Below, piece by piece: positions 44,321 to 53,834 of a DNA stretch of 64,000 nucleotides. The notes under the pieces were generated by a model. The model ran no database searches and was not told the origin of the DNA. It saw only the letters and a program-made list of their open reading frames with translations. The position numbers and the translations under genes are program-made. Source of the DNA: an uncultured Chloroflexia bacterium (GTDB taxonomy: Bacteria; Chloroflexota; Limnocylindria; Limnocylindrales; CSP1-4); the NCBI GenBank assembly GCA_963749705.1, contig CAVVNQ010000015.1:192001-256000 (forward strand), written 5' to 3'. How positions within the stretch are numbered: the stretch's first letter is position 1; each line of letters opens with the position of its first letter.

Positions 44321-44593
44321 TTGGGCGTGCTCAATCTCGTGCTCTGGGCCGCGGGCGTGGCGCTGATCGCCACCGGGTTCGTGCGCGCCAGGGGGCCGTA
44401 CCGGCGATACATGATGCTCCGGGAGCAGGATGCCAACGTCGCCCGCTACGAGGCGTGGCGCGGCGGCTCGCGACCGGATGCGCGGACCGGGGCGTCGGTC
44501 GCGATGCAGCTGCTCCGCCGCCAGTGGCAGATCGGGGTCGGGATCCTGGTGGTGGGGATCGTCCTGGTGCTGGCGGGGTTCGCCGTCCGCTGA
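44321..44593 (+). CDS. small two-TM membrane protein
   Basis: TTG start after GGAGG, with hydrophobic N- and C-terminal helices. Confidence 0.65.
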   Translation: MGVLNLVLWAAGVALIATGFVRARGPYRRYMMLREQDANVARYEAWRGGSRPDARTGASVAMQLLRRQWQIGVGILVVGIVLVLAGFAVR

Positions 44594-44645
44594 CCCGTGG
44601 CGAGCTCCCGGCGAGCTCGCGCCGATCACCCGGGCGGCGCGGCGA

Positions 44646-45155
44646 TCAGCCCAGGCGCAGGCGGCTGACCTCGATCGAGGTGCAGCGGTCCATCACGACG
44701 GGGATGCCGCCGTCGGCCGCGATCCTCGCCGCCTCCCAGCTCACGATGCCCAGCTGCAGCCACAGGCAGCCGGCGCCCGCGGCCACGGCCTCGCGGGCGT
44801 GCCCGGGGCAGGCGGCGGCGTTGCGGAACACGTCGACGATGTCGACGGGACCCTCGGCGGCAACGGCCGCGGCCAGGTCCGGGTAGCAGCGACGGCCGAG
44901 GACCTCGGTCTCGCGCGGGCTGACCGGGACCACCTCGTAGCCGGCGTCCATCAGGTGGGCCATCACGCCGTGCGAGGGACGGAACGGACGCGACGAAGCC
45001 CCGATCACCGCGATCCGCCTCGCAGACCGCAGGAGGTCGGCGATCGCGGCGTCGTCGAGCAGGGGCGCTTGCCACCGCCCCTCGTGCAGGTCGAGGATGT
45101 CCCGGAGCCGCTCGCGCTCGGTCGAGCCGCCGGGCCTGGGTTCGTGATCGTCCAT
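44646..45155 (-). CDS. CoA-binding protein (YccU-like)
   Basis: IAVIGAS, VPVSP, VDIVDVFR, WLQLGI and VMDRC motifs. Confidence 0.9.
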   Translation of the reverse strand: MDDHEPRPGGSTERERLRDILDLHEGRWQAPLLDDAAIADLLRSARRIAVIGASSRPFRPSHGVMAHLMDAGYEVVPVSPRETEVLGRRCYPDLAAAVAAEGPVDIVDVFRNAAACPGHAREAVAAGAGCLWLQLGIVSWEAARIAADGGIPVVMDRCTSIEVSRLRLG

Positions 45156-45214
45156 CCGTCCTTCGGGATCCTGTCGCGGGCCGTGTAGCAGGTAGATGCG
45201 CGACCCACGGATGA

Positions 45215-45244
45215 TTGCACGGGAAACGCCGGGACAGGCATACT
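45215..45244 (+). promoter_or_regulatory. putative promoter of the nucleoside ABC operon
   Basis: TTGCAC, 18-nt spacer, CATACT, ~150 nt upstream of the BMP gene. Confidence 0.4.
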
Positions 45245-45394
45245 CTCCCCAGCCGCACGGGTCCCGACCATGGAGGCCGCAGGGAGGCCGCGACCCGCGA
45301 CCGGCGAACCGGCGCAACCACGTCGCGCCGCGAACAACCTCGGCGACTGCGAGACCATTCTGGCTCGCGCGCCGACTATCGAGGAGGAGCAACC

Positions 45395-46588
45395 TTGCGG
45401 ACCAGCACCCGACTCGTCGCCCTGGTGGGCGCCGCGTCGTTCGTCTTTGCCGCTTGTGGCGGCAGCACCGCCACCACCGCGCCCCCCGCCAGCCAGGCAC
45501 CCGAGTCCATGGCACCCGAGTCCATGGCACCGGAGTCCATGGCACCGGAGTCCGTGGCCCCGACGTCGAACCTCAAGATCGGCGTTGTCACGGATATCGG
45601 GACGCTCAACGACAAGGGCTACAACGAGTACAGCTTCAAGGGCGCCGAGGACGGCGCCACCGAAATCGGCGCACCTGCGCCGCAGTCGACCGTGCCGAAG
45701 GACGCCTCCGAGTACGCGGCCGACATCCAGGCGTTCATCGACCAGAAGTACGACATCATCGTCACCGTCGGGTTCAACCTGACGAACGACACGGTCGCCG
45801 CGGCACACGCCAACCCCACGATCCACTTCGTGGGCGTGGACCAGTCCCCGGTGTGCGTCGATGAGACGGGCGCCCCGGATGCCACCTTCGCCTGCAAGGG
45901 CGACGCCAAGACCCTCGTCCCGAACTACACCTCGCTGTACTTCGCGGAGGACCAGGCGGGCTATCTCGCCGGGATCGTCGCGGCGTACGCGTCCAAGAAC
46001 GGCTCGGTCGGTGCCATCGGCGGCACCACGCTGTGCGCTCCGTGCGTGCGCTACATCCAGGGCTATGAGCTCGGCGCGAAGTCGGTCAAGTCCGACATCA
46101 AGGTGAGCACGGCCTACGTCACGAACGACTTCTCCGCGGCCGCCTTCAACGACCCGGCCGGCGGCAAGACGTTCGCCCAGACATTCATCAAGGCCAACGG
46201 CGTGGACGTCCTGTTCCAGGTCGCGGGCAAGACCGGCAACGGCGTCCTCGAAGCCGCCTGCCAGGCCGGCATCGACGGCATCGGCGTCGATGTCGACCAG
46301 TGGGTGTCCATCGGGGCGCCCAACAACTCGTGCATCATCACGAGCGCTGAGAAGCACGTCGAGTCGGCCGTGAAGCAGGCCATCGTCGGCATCGCCGCCG
46401 ACAACCTGGCCGCGGGCGACGTCCTGTTCAACGCCGCCAATGACGGCATCGGCGTGTCGCCGTTCCACGACGCCGCCTCGATGTTCGGTCCCGAGGTCCA
46501 GACGGCCCTCGATACCGCGCTCGCCGGCATGAAGGCGGGCACGCTCAAGACCTGCCCCGACACCGGCTGCGGCGTCTACACGCCCTAG
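45395..46588 (+). CDS. BMP (PnrA/NupN-like) nucleoside ABC transporter substrate-binding lipoprotein
   Basis: GAGGAGG RBS and TTG start, lipobox FAAC, DKGYN, GYLAGIVAA, GIGVDVDQ and TSAEK motifs. Confidence 0.9.
   Translation: MRTSTRLVALVGAASFVFAACGGSTATTAPPASQAPESMAPESMAPESMAPESVAPTSNLKIGVVTDIGTLNDKGYNEYSFKGAEDGATEIGAPAPQSTVPKDASEYAADIQAFIDQKYDIIVTVGFNLTNDTVAAAHANPTIHFVGVDQSPVCVDETGAPDATFACKGDAKTLVPNYTSLYFAEDQAGYLAGIVAAYASKNGSVGAIGGTTLCAPCVRYIQGYELGAKSVKSDIKVSTAYVTNDFSAAAFNDPAGGKTFAQTFIKANGVDVLFQVAGKTGNGVLEAACQAGIDGIGVDVDQWVSIGAPNNSCIITSAEKHVESAVKQAIVGIAADNLAAGDVLFNAANDGIGVSPFHDAASMFGPEVQTALDTALAGMKAGTLKTCPDTGCGVYTP
45497..45556 (+). repeat. 4 x 15-bp coding repeat (APESM) in the lipoprotein tether
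   Basis: GCACCSGAGTCCRTG four times. Confidence 0.9.
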
Positions 46589-46608
46589 CCTCCACCGGGT
46601 AAACGGTT

Positions 46609-46642
46609 CGGACGGGTCGGCTGCTTGCGGCCGACCCGTCCG
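46609..46642 (+). other. intercistronic stem-loop after the BMP gene
   Basis: CGGACGGGTCGGCTG-cttg-CGGCCGACCCGTCCG (one G-U pair). Confidence 0.7.
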
Positions 46643-46679
46643 CATAACCGCCCAGCGCGTACTGCCGGAGTCATCGCTC

Positions 46680-48257
46680 ATGGCCGACTCGACGGGAACG
46701 ATCGTCGCCCCGGCGCTCGAGATGCGAAGCATCACGAAGCGGTATCCGGGTGTGGTGGCCAACGACAGGATCAGCCTCGAGGTCCGCCCCGGGGAGATCC
46801 ATGCCCTGCTGGGCGAGAACGGCGCCGGCAAGACCACCCTCATGAACGTCCTGTACGGGCTGGCAACACCCGACGTGGGCGAGATCCTGCTCGATGGGTC
46901 GCCGGTGCAGATCGCCGGCCCCGCCGACGCGATCGCCCGTGGCATCAGCATGGTCCACCAGCACTTCATGCTGGTGCCGGTGCTCACGGTGGCCGAGAAC
47001 ATCCTCCTGGGGGAGGAGACGATGGCCAACCGGTTCTTCCTCGATCGCAGGGAGGCGCACAAGCGGATCATCGAGCTCGGCCGGCGGTTCGACTTCGAGA
47101 TCGACCCCGAGGTCAAGGTCGGCTCGCTGTCGGTGGGCTGGCAGCAGCGCGTGGAGATCCTCAAGGCGCTGTACCGGAACGCGCGGATCCTCGTCCTCGA
47201 CGAACCGACCGCGGTGCTCACGCCCCAGGAGACGGAGGAGATCTTCGCCGTCCTCCGGCGGCTGGCGGCCGAGGGCCACAGCATCGTATTCATCAGCCAC
47301 AAGCTGTACGAGGTCCTCGAGATCGCGGACCGGATCACCGTCATCCGGCGTGGCCGCGTGGTCGGCGAGCGCACGCCGGCCGAGACCGACGAGGACGACC
47401 TGGCCGAGCTGATGGTCGGTCGCGAGGTCCAGCTGACCGTCGACCGGGGCACGTCGCATCCGGGTGCCACGGTGCTCAACGTGACCGGGCTCGAGGCGAG
47501 CGACGACCGAGGTCACCCGATGGTCAGGGGCGTCGACCTCGAGGTTCGTGCCGGCGAGATCTTCGGCATCGCCGGCGTCGCCGGGAACGGCCAGGACGAG
47601 CTGGTCGAATCGATCATCGGCCTGCGCCATCCCACGACGGGCACGGTCACCCTCGACGGGCTGGACATCACCGCGTACACCCCCCGCCAGATGAACGAGG
47701 CACAGGTCGCGTACGTTCCCGCGGACCGCCACCGGTTCGGCCTGATCCTGTCGTTCCCGCTGGCCGACAACCTGGTCCTGACCAGCTACTACCGGCCGCC
47801 CTATGCCCGCGGGCTCATCCGCGACCGCGAGGCGATCGATCGGGACGCCGCCACGGCGGTCGAGAAGTTCGACATCCGGACGCCGTCCGCAACCGTCAAG
47901 GCGAGCACGCTGTCCGGTGGCAACCAGCAGAAGGCGGTCGTCGCCCGCGAGTTCGACCGGGACCTCAAGCTGCTGATCCTCGACCAGCCGACGCGCGGCC
48001 TCGACGTGGGCAGCATCGAGTTCATCCACCGCCAGGTGATCGCCAAGCGCGACGCGGGCACCGCGGTGCTGCTCGTCTCGGCGGAGCTCGACGAGGTCCT
48101 CGAGCTGTCCGACCGGATCGGCGTCATGTACGAGGGCCGGATCGTCGCCGTCCTCGACGGCCCCACCGCGGACAAGAACGCGGTCGGCCTGCTGATGGCG
48201 ACCGGTGGCGAGGAGCGCGACCCGGCTGCCCGCCCGGTGACGGGAGCCGTGGCATGA
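46680..48257 (+). CDS. nucleoside/sugar (CUT2) ABC transporter ATP-binding protein with two NBDs
   Basis: LGENGAGKTT, VHQHFML, LDEPTAVLTPQE, ISHKL, LSGGNQQK and QPTRGLDVG motifs. Confidence 0.93.
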   Translation: MADSTGTIVAPALEMRSITKRYPGVVANDRISLEVRPGEIHALLGENGAGKTTLMNVLYGLATPDVGEILLDGSPVQIAGPADAIARGISMVHQHFMLVPVLTVAENILLGEETMANRFFLDRREAHKRIIELGRRFDFEIDPEVKVGSLSVGWQQRVEILKALYRNARILVLDEPTAVLTPQETEEIFAVLRRLAAEGHSIVFISHKLYEVLEIADRITVIRRGRVVGERTPAETDEDDLAELMVGREVQLTVDRGTSHPGATVLNVTGLEASDDRGHPMVRGVDLEVRAGEIFGIAGVAGNGQDELVESIIGLRHPTTGTVTLDGLDITAYTPRQMNEAQVAYVPADRHRFGLILSFPLADNLVLTSYYRPPYARGLIRDREAIDRDAATAVEKFDIRTPSATVKASTLSGGNQQKAVVAREFDRDLKLLILDQPTRGLDVGSIEFIHRQVIAKRDAGTAVLLVSAELDEVLELSDRIGVMYEGRIVAVLDGPTADKNAVGLLMATGGEERDPAARPVTGAVA

Positions 48258-49408
48258 GCGAGGTTCGCCGGCCCGGCTGGCTGCGGCCGCGGAAGGTCTC
48301 GGCTGCGGGCATCTGGTCGATCGTCGCGGTCCCGGTCACGGTCATCGTCCTGTCGGTGCTGCTGGGCGCGGCGATCGTGCTCTTCTCGGAGCTGCTGGTC
48401 CCGGGCAAGGAGTTCGACTGGGGCCTGCCGCTGGTCGCCTATGGCGCGCTGATCGAGGGCGCGCTGGGCAACCCGGACGCGGTCGTCTCGACGCTCGTCA
48501 ACTCCACGCCGCTGCTGTTCGGCGGCCTCGCGGTCGGCTTCGGCTTCAAGGCGGGGCTGTTCAACATCGGCGCGCAGGGCCAGTTCCTGGTCGGCGCCCT
48601 GGGGGCCGTGATCGTGGGCGTCCAGCTGGCCGACGCGCCCGCGATCGTCGCGATCCCGGCCGCGGCCCTGGCGGGCTTCGTCGCGGGCGGCCTGTGGGGC
48701 TTCGTGCCGGGCTTCCTCAAGGCGGTCTCGGGCGCCCACGAGGTCGTCAGCACGATCATGATGAACTACATCGCGGTCCAGCTCCTGGCGGCGCTCGTGA
48801 GCGGTCCGCTCAAGGTGCCCAAGTCGCCGTCCCCGGTCACGTTCGACGTCGGCAACGCGGCGTTCCCGGTGATCCTGGGGCGCAACGGGCACCTCGGCAT
48901 CGTGCTCGCCCTGATCGCGGCGTTCTTCGTGTGGTGGCTGCTGTTCCGCACCACCTGGGGGTTCGAGGTCCGCGCCGTGGGCGCCAACCCTGACGCGTCG
49001 CGCTATGCCGGCATGCGACCCCGGCTGATCACAATCGCCACCATGACCTTCAGCGGGGCGCTGGCCGGGCTGGCCGGGACGAGCGTGCTGCTGGGCGTGA
49101 CCCACACCATGACGTCGAGCTTCGGCACGACGGTCGGCTTCGACTCGATCGCGGTCGCCCTGCTCGCGCGATCGCACCCGCTGGTCACCATCTTCGCGGC
49201 CCTCCTGTTCGGTGGCATGCGGGCGGGGGCCGGGCTGATGCAGATCCGGGCCCAGATCCCGGTCGAGCTGGTGGACGTGCTCCAGGCGGTGATCCTGCTG
49301 TTCCTGGTCGCGAGCCCCGTGCTCCGCTACGTGCTCCGGGCGCGGGGCCCGGGCCAGGGCGAGCCCATCGTCGCGACCGGTGGCCTGGCGCCCAAGGCGG
49401 CCGCCTGA
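48254..49408 (+). CDS. nucleoside ABC transporter permease
   Basis: GLFNIGAQGQ, HEVVSTIMMN, GFEVRAVGAN and GFDSIAVALL motifs. Confidence 0.92.
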   Translation: MSEVRRPGWLRPRKVSAAGIWSIVAVPVTVIVLSVLLGAAIVLFSELLVPGKEFDWGLPLVAYGALIEGALGNPDAVVSTLVNSTPLLFGGLAVGFGFKAGLFNIGAQGQFLVGALGAVIVGVQLADAPAIVAIPAAALAGFVAGGLWGFVPGFLKAVSGAHEVVSTIMMNYIAVQLLAALVSGPLKVPKSPSPVTFDVGNAAFPVILGRNGHLGIVLALIAAFFVWWLLFRTTWGFEVRAVGANPDASRYAGMRPRLITIATMTFSGALAGLAGTSVLLGVTHTMTSSFGTTVGFDSIAVALLARSHPLVTIFAALLFGGMRAGAGLMQIRAQIPVELVDVLQAVILLFLVASPVLRYVLRARGPGQGEPIVATGGLAPKAAA

Positions 49409-50493
49409 TGGACATCACGCAGCTGTTCGACGCGCTGTACGCCATCCCGTTGCTGGGGATCCTGTTCCAGGCGGTCGGCTTCCTGGTCGCGGTCATCCCA
49501 TCCAACGCGCCCAACATCATGAACCAGGCGACCCCGCTCGCCCTGGCCGCCCTGTGCGGCGTGCTGTGCGAGCGCTCGGGCGTGGTCAACATCGGCATCG
49601 AGGGCACGATGCTCGCGGCCGCGTTCACGGCATGGGTCGTCGGCGTTGCCGTCAACCCGATGTTCGGCAGCCCGGCGCCCGGCGAGGTGTTCGGCCTGAC
49701 CATCCCGCTCCTGATCTGCCTCCTCGCCGCGGTGCTGGTGGCGGTCGTGATCTCCGCGCTCCATGCGTGGCTCTCGATCTCGCTCCGCGCGGACCAGATC
49801 ATCAGCGGCACGATCATCAACATCGCGGCGTTCGGGGTGACCGGCTATCTCGACCAGCTGATCTCGCGATCCTCGCCGGCCGGTGCCGGCAGCTTCGCCG
49901 CGTTCAGGCCGCCGGCCGAGCTGATCCAGATCCCCGTGATCGGCTGGATCATCGACATGTTCCTCGCCCAGGGCCCGATCGCGATGTCCACGATCGTGAT
50001 CATGGTGGGCGCCCAGATCTGGCTGTTCCGGACGCGCTGGGGGCTCCGGACGCGCGCCGTCGGCGAGCACCCGCGCGCCGCGGAGACCGTCGGCATCGAC
50101 GTGATCCGGCTGCGCTACCGGAACGTGATGCTGGGCGGCGTGTTCGCCGGCCTCGGCGGCGCCTGGCTGAGCATCGAGGCCACCAACTCGTTCCAGATCG
50201 GGATGACCACCGGACGCGGCTTCATCGCGCTGGCCGCGATGATCATGGGTCGCTGGACGCCGATCGGGGCGTTCGGCTCGGCCCTCCTGTTCGCACTGTT
50301 CCTCCAGATCAGCCAGCTGATCAAGATCGCGCCCCCGACGGGCGACCTGGGGGTCGTGATGCGGTCGGTGCCCGCGCAGCTGTGGGATGCGCTCCCGTAC
50401 CTGCTCACGATCGTGATCCTGGCCGGCGTCGTCGGTCGGAGCGTCCCGCCGGCCGCCGACGGGCAGCCGTACGAGCGCGAAGCGGCGGCCTGA
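49408..50493 (+). CDS. nucleoside ABC transporter permease
   Basis: ERSGVVNIGIEG, GLRTRAVGEHP, GRGFIALAAMI, LPYLLT and PAADGQPY motifs. Confidence 0.92.
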   Translation: MDITQLFDALYAIPLLGILFQAVGFLVAVIPSNAPNIMNQATPLALAALCGVLCERSGVVNIGIEGTMLAAAFTAWVVGVAVNPMFGSPAPGEVFGLTIPLLICLLAAVLVAVVISALHAWLSISLRADQIISGTIINIAAFGVTGYLDQLISRSSPAGAGSFAAFRPPAELIQIPVIGWIIDMFLAQGPIAMSTIVIMVGAQIWLFRTRWGLRTRAVGEHPRAAETVGIDVIRLRYRNVMLGGVFAGLGGAWLSIEATNSFQIGMTTGRGFIALAAMIMGRWTPIGAFGSALLFALFLQISQLIKIAPPTGDLGVVMRSVPAQLWDALPYLLTIVILAGVVGRSVPPAADGQPYEREAAA

Positions 50494-50497
50494 GCCC

Positions 50498-51496
50498 GTG
50501 ACGCCGGGCGACGCCGAGCGGGCGGCCGCCCTCGCCGCGCTGCCGGGCCGGCCGCCGGGGGGCGAGCCGCGACCGGTGATCCTGGACTGCGACCCCGGAC
50601 ACGACGATGCGCTGGCGATCCTCCTGGCCTGCGCCTCGCCCGGGCTCGAGGTCCTGGGCGTCACGACCGTTGCCGGCAACTCGGGGCTCGCCAACACCAC
50701 GCGCAACGCGCTGCGGGTGCTGACGCTGCTCGACCGGACGGACATCCCGGTGGCCGCGGGTGCGGCCCGGCCGCTGGTCCAGGATCCGCTGATCCAGCCG
50801 GCGTTCCACGGTGATTCAGGGCTGGACGGCTCGGACCTGCCCGACGCCGCGATGGGCGCACGTCCCGAGGCCGCGGTCGAGCTGATGGCGTCGCTGGTCC
50901 GCGCGTCCCCGGCGCCGGTGACGCTCGTGCCCACCGGACCGCTGACCAACGTCGCGCTGTTCCTGCGCGCCTTCCCGTCGCTCCACGATCGGCTCGGCGC
51001 GATCTCGCTGATGGGCGGCTCGCTGGGCGCGGGCAACACCACGGCCTCGGCCGAGTTCAACATCTGGCAGGATCCGGAGGCCGCCGCGATCGTGTTCGGG
51101 GCGGGCGTCCCGATCCTGATGGCGGGCCTGGACGTGACCCACCAGGCGCTGGTGCTGCCGGAGGACGTTGCCCGGCTGGAGGCGCTGGGCACCCGGACCG
51201 GGCACGTGTTCGCGGACCTGATGCGGTTCTTCGCCATCCACCACCGCAACCGGTACGGCTGGCCCGGCCCGCCGATCCATGATGCGGTCGCGGTCGGGGT
51301 GCTGGTCGCCCCGTGGCTCGTCGAGCGCCGCCGGATGCGCGTCGACGTCGAGATCGGCGATGGGCTGACCCGGGGGCGAACGGTCGGGGACGAGGAGGGG
51401 ATCAGCGGCCGGCCGCCGAACGCGGAGGTTGGGATCCGGCTCGATCGGGAGGGGCTCATCGACCTCGTCGTCGACGCCGTCGCGCGCTTCCCCTAG
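50498..51496 (+). CDS. inosine/uridine-preferring nucleoside hydrolase
   Basis: DCDPGHDD Ca-binding motif, TTVAGN, HGDSGL, TGPLTN, AEFNIW and IHDAV motifs. Confidence 0.94.
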   Translation: MTPGDAERAAALAALPGRPPGGEPRPVILDCDPGHDDALAILLACASPGLEVLGVTTVAGNSGLANTTRNALRVLTLLDRTDIPVAAGAARPLVQDPLIQPAFHGDSGLDGSDLPDAAMGARPEAAVELMASLVRASPAPVTLVPTGPLTNVALFLRAFPSLHDRLGAISLMGGSLGAGNTTASAEFNIWQDPEAAAIVFGAGVPILMAGLDVTHQALVLPEDVARLEALGTRTGHVFADLMRFFAIHHRNRYGWPGPPIHDAVAVGVLVAPWLVERRRMRVDVEIGDGLTRGRTVGDEEGISGRPPNAEVGIRLDREGLIDLVVDAVARFP

Positions 51497-51506
51497 GATC
51501 GGGAGC

Positions 51507-52787
51507 ATGCCGACCACGCCGCCGCCCGCCGCGCGCGAAACCGCCGATCCGTACGCCGCCACGCCGCTCGAGCTCGGGTTCGACCCGGCCGACCCGTCGT
51601 TCATCGCCGACCCGTACCCGGTGTACGCGCGGCTGCGCACGGACCACCCGCTGCTGTGGAACCCCGACACCAGCCAGTGGATCGTGTCCCGGTTCGGGGA
51701 CGTCAACGCGCTGCTCCGGGACCGGCGCCTCGGCCGCACCTATCTCCACGTCGCGACCCACGAGGAGATGGGCCACGCGTCACCTCCCGAGTTCCAGGAC
51801 CCGTTCTGGACGCTGGTGCAGGACGGGATGCTGGACCGCGAGCCGCCGGACCACACGCGTCTCCGGCGGCTGGTGTCCAAGGCGTTCACCCCGGCCACCG
51901 TGGAGGGGCTCCGAGGTCGGATCGAGACGATCGTCGACGGGCTGCTGACGGCGGCGATCGCCAAGGGCGAGTTCGACCTGATCGCGGACGTGGCCGAGCC
52001 GCTGCCGGTCACCGTGATCGCGGAGCTGCTCGGGGTGCCCGAGGCGGACCGCCACCTGCTCCGGCCCTGGTCGTCCGACATCTGCCTGATGTACGAGCTC
52101 AACCCGCCCGAGGAGAGCCAGCACCGGTCGGTCGCGGCGAGCGTCGCGTTCGGCGACTACCTGCGGGAGCTGGCACGGGACCGGCGGCAGCATCCGGGCG
52201 ACGACCTGATCTCGGGCCTCGCGCAGGTCGCGGAGGCCGGGGACATCCTGACCGAGGGCGAGCTCGTGGGGACGTGCGCGCTGCTGCTCAACGCGGGGCA
52301 CGAGGCGTCCGTCAACGGCGCGGGCAACGCGTGGTGGACGCTGTTCCGGCACCCCGACGCGCTCGCGGGGCTGCGGGCCGACCCGTCGCTCGTTCCGACC
52401 GCGCTCGAGGAGCTGCTGCGGTTCGACACGCCGTTGCCGATGTTCGAGCGCTGGGTGCTCGAGGACATCGAGCTGTATGGGGTGCGGATCCCGCGCGGGG
52501 CCGAGCTCGCCCTCCAGTTCGCGTCGGCGAACCGGGACCCGGACGGCTTCGACCGGGTGGACGAGCTGGTGCTGGACCGCAGGCCCAACCCGTACCTATC
52601 GTTCGGTGCCGGGATCCACTACTGCCTGGGCGCGCCGCTGGCCAAGCTCGAGATGGGGATCCTGTTCCGCGAGATCCTCGCGCGGATGCCCGCCCTCGAG
52701 CTCCGCGAGCCGCCGGCCTGGAAGCCGACGTTCATCCTGCGGGGGCTGCAGTCGCTGCCGGTCTCAGCGGGACGTGACGCCACCTGA
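51507..52787 (+). CDS. cytochrome P450 (CYP107-like)
   Basis: PPDHTRLRRLVSKAFT, ExxR (EELLR), ANRDP and the heme motif FGAGIHYCLG. The I-helix reads AGHEAS. Confidence 0.95.
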   Translation: MPTTPPPAARETADPYAATPLELGFDPADPSFIADPYPVYARLRTDHPLLWNPDTSQWIVSRFGDVNALLRDRRLGRTYLHVATHEEMGHASPPEFQDPFWTLVQDGMLDREPPDHTRLRRLVSKAFTPATVEGLRGRIETIVDGLLTAAIAKGEFDLIADVAEPLPVTVIAELLGVPEADRHLLRPWSSDICLMYELNPPEESQHRSVAASVAFGDYLRELARDRRQHPGDDLISGLAQVAEAGDILTEGELVGTCALLLNAGHEASVNGAGNAWWTLFRHPDALAGLRADPSLVPTALEELLRFDTPLPMFERWVLEDIELYGVRIPRGAELALQFASANRDPDGFDRVDELVLDRRPNPYLSFGAGIHYCLGAPLAKLEMGILFREILARMPALELREPPAWKPTFILRGLQSLPVSAGRDAT

Positions 52788-52846
52788 CATGCTGAAGCAC
52801 CCGGCCTGAGAGATCCTGGCCGGGTGCGGGGTCGGACCCAGGTGGC

Positions 52847-53834
52847 TCAGCTGGCGGGCGTGAGCCAGACCGGGTAGTCGGTCACGTTCTCCGGCGAGCC
52901 GTCCTTGGCCGAGTAGTCGAGCACCCGCAGGGTGCCCCACTGCGCCTTCGAGACCGAATAGCTCAGCTGCGCCGAGAACGTGCCCCAGCAGCCCGTGCCG
53001 CAGGTGGCCATCACCTGCTGGTCGACGAGCCGGGTACCGGCGGCGTCCATCAGCTGGACCCGGAACGTCGCCTCGAACACGTTGGCCAGACCGGTGACCG
53101 TGCCCGGGTTGCCGAGCGCGGCGCCCCAGGCGGGGCGGTCGACGAAGATCGCCGGCAGCTGGTCGTGATAGTCGGCGCGGCCGACCGGGTGGTCGAGGAT
53201 CAAGGCCCTCACCGCCGAAGATCGTGACCGGCTGTCCGTCGAGCTTGAACAGGACCCCGTCGACGGTCGAGAACTGGGTCAGCGTGTAGACGACCTGCGA
53301 CAGCCGCCCGAACATCGAGGCGCTGCCGCCGCCGGTCTCGTATTCGCGGGACAGGTCGATGGTGGCGACGCCGCCGGTGATCGACAGGCCGAGCAGCTGC
53401 GTGCCGGCCGGGATCGTCGTGACCAGCGCGGGGCTGGCCGCCTGCTCCCTGGCGTTGGGGCCGGCGAGCAGCTCGCGGATGGCGGCGGTCGCGACGGCCT
53501 GAGTCCTGGGGATCTCTCGCAGGACGGGCACCAGGTGCTCGTTCGCCAGGAAGTAGGCGCGGACGATGACCGTGGCCGTGGGCGCCGGTGTGGCGGTGGG
53601 CGCCGTCGTCGGGCCCGTGGACGGGGTCGTGGAACCGGTGGGCTGCGCCGTCGGCGTCGGCGAGGCCGTGTCCGGCGTGACGTCGGCGGTCGGGACCTCG
53701 ACCGACGGGTTGCTGGTGGCGGGTGGCGTGGCGGGCGTGCCCAGGGCGCCCGTCGCGGGCGAGCACGCCGCGGCGAGCAGCACGACGGCTGCGAGGACGG
53801 TGATCGATGTCAGCGAGCGGGTGGTGGCGATCAT
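52847..53834 (-). CDS. GerMN-domain lipoprotein with a C-terminal Ig-like (Gmad2-like) domain, one +1 frameshift near 53203
   Basis: Lipobox LAAAC, Thr/Pro linker, VRAYFL, ELLAGP, ATIDLS and QVVYTLTQF (GerMN). ANVFEATF...CGTGCWGTF follows in the next frame. Confidence 0.8.
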
